A stretch of 13,028 nucleotides of DNA from Polyangiales bacterium. Its GTDB lineage: Bacteria; Myxococcota_A; Polyangia; Polyangiales; Polyangiaceae. The stretch is from contig JBBRNJ010000134.1 in assembly GCA_038230375.1 (NCBI GenBank), forward strand, positions 1 through 13,028. Direction: 5' to 3'. The translations under genes were made by a program, and so were the position numbers. This document shows positions 12,875 through 13,028 of the stretch, piece by piece; the first letter of the stretch is position 1; each line of letters starts with the position of its first letter. Below the pieces are notes generated by a model. It searched no databases and was not told the DNA's origin. It saw only the letters and a program-made list of their open reading frames with translations.

Positions 12875-13028
12875 CATGGGCCAGCGCGGGCTCTCGATGA
12901 TCGAGACGGCAATCGCGATCTCGATCGCGGGCATCCTCTTGTGCATCGCGATCCCCGCCTTTGTGCGCAACCTGCACGCGAGCTCCTTCGCGGAGGTCAC
13001 CGAGGGCCTCGGGCGTCTGTCCGAGCAC
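12831..13028 (+). CDS. Second type IV pilin-like protein, partial (runs off the window end)
   Basis: TGATG stop/start overlap at 12829-12833. Hand translation: MARRLISGGVISGRGMGQRG|LSMIETAIAISIAGILLCIAIPAFVRNLHASSFAEVTEGLGRLSEH, with Gly 12888-12890, Glu +5, IAIP (Pro +22) and AE motif. Not in the ORF track. Alternative start ATG 12876. Confidence 0.85.
   Translation, partial: MARRLISGGVISGRGMGQRGLSMIETAIAISIAGILLCIAIPAFVRNLHASSFAEVTEGLGRLSEH

Overview
High-GC bacterial window whose genes and motifs look like Myxococcota, probably Polyangiales/Sorangiineae (inference). In order: a partial minus-strand CBM9/DUF5916 exported protein missing from the ORF track; a divergent, probably lipid-anchored DUF255/YyaL-type thioredoxin-domain protein; rimO; a ~237-bp modular GAC/GACTTC repeat array filling the gap to a convergent small lipoprotein gene; a large exported phosphodiester-glycosidase (NAGPA)-like protein with an apparent degenerate second domain copy; a Pro-rich single-TM protein with four PEGA-like domains; a PilR-like sigma-54 response regulator with no adjacent kinase; and two tandem type IV pilin-like genes, the second partial and also missing from the ORF track. 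I found no rRNA, tRNA, CRISPR array or mobile element. The most unusual signals are the hierarchical repeat array and the kinase-less PEGA protein sitting directly upstream of pilR, where pilS usually lies. All calls come from manual motif recognition; no database searches were run.
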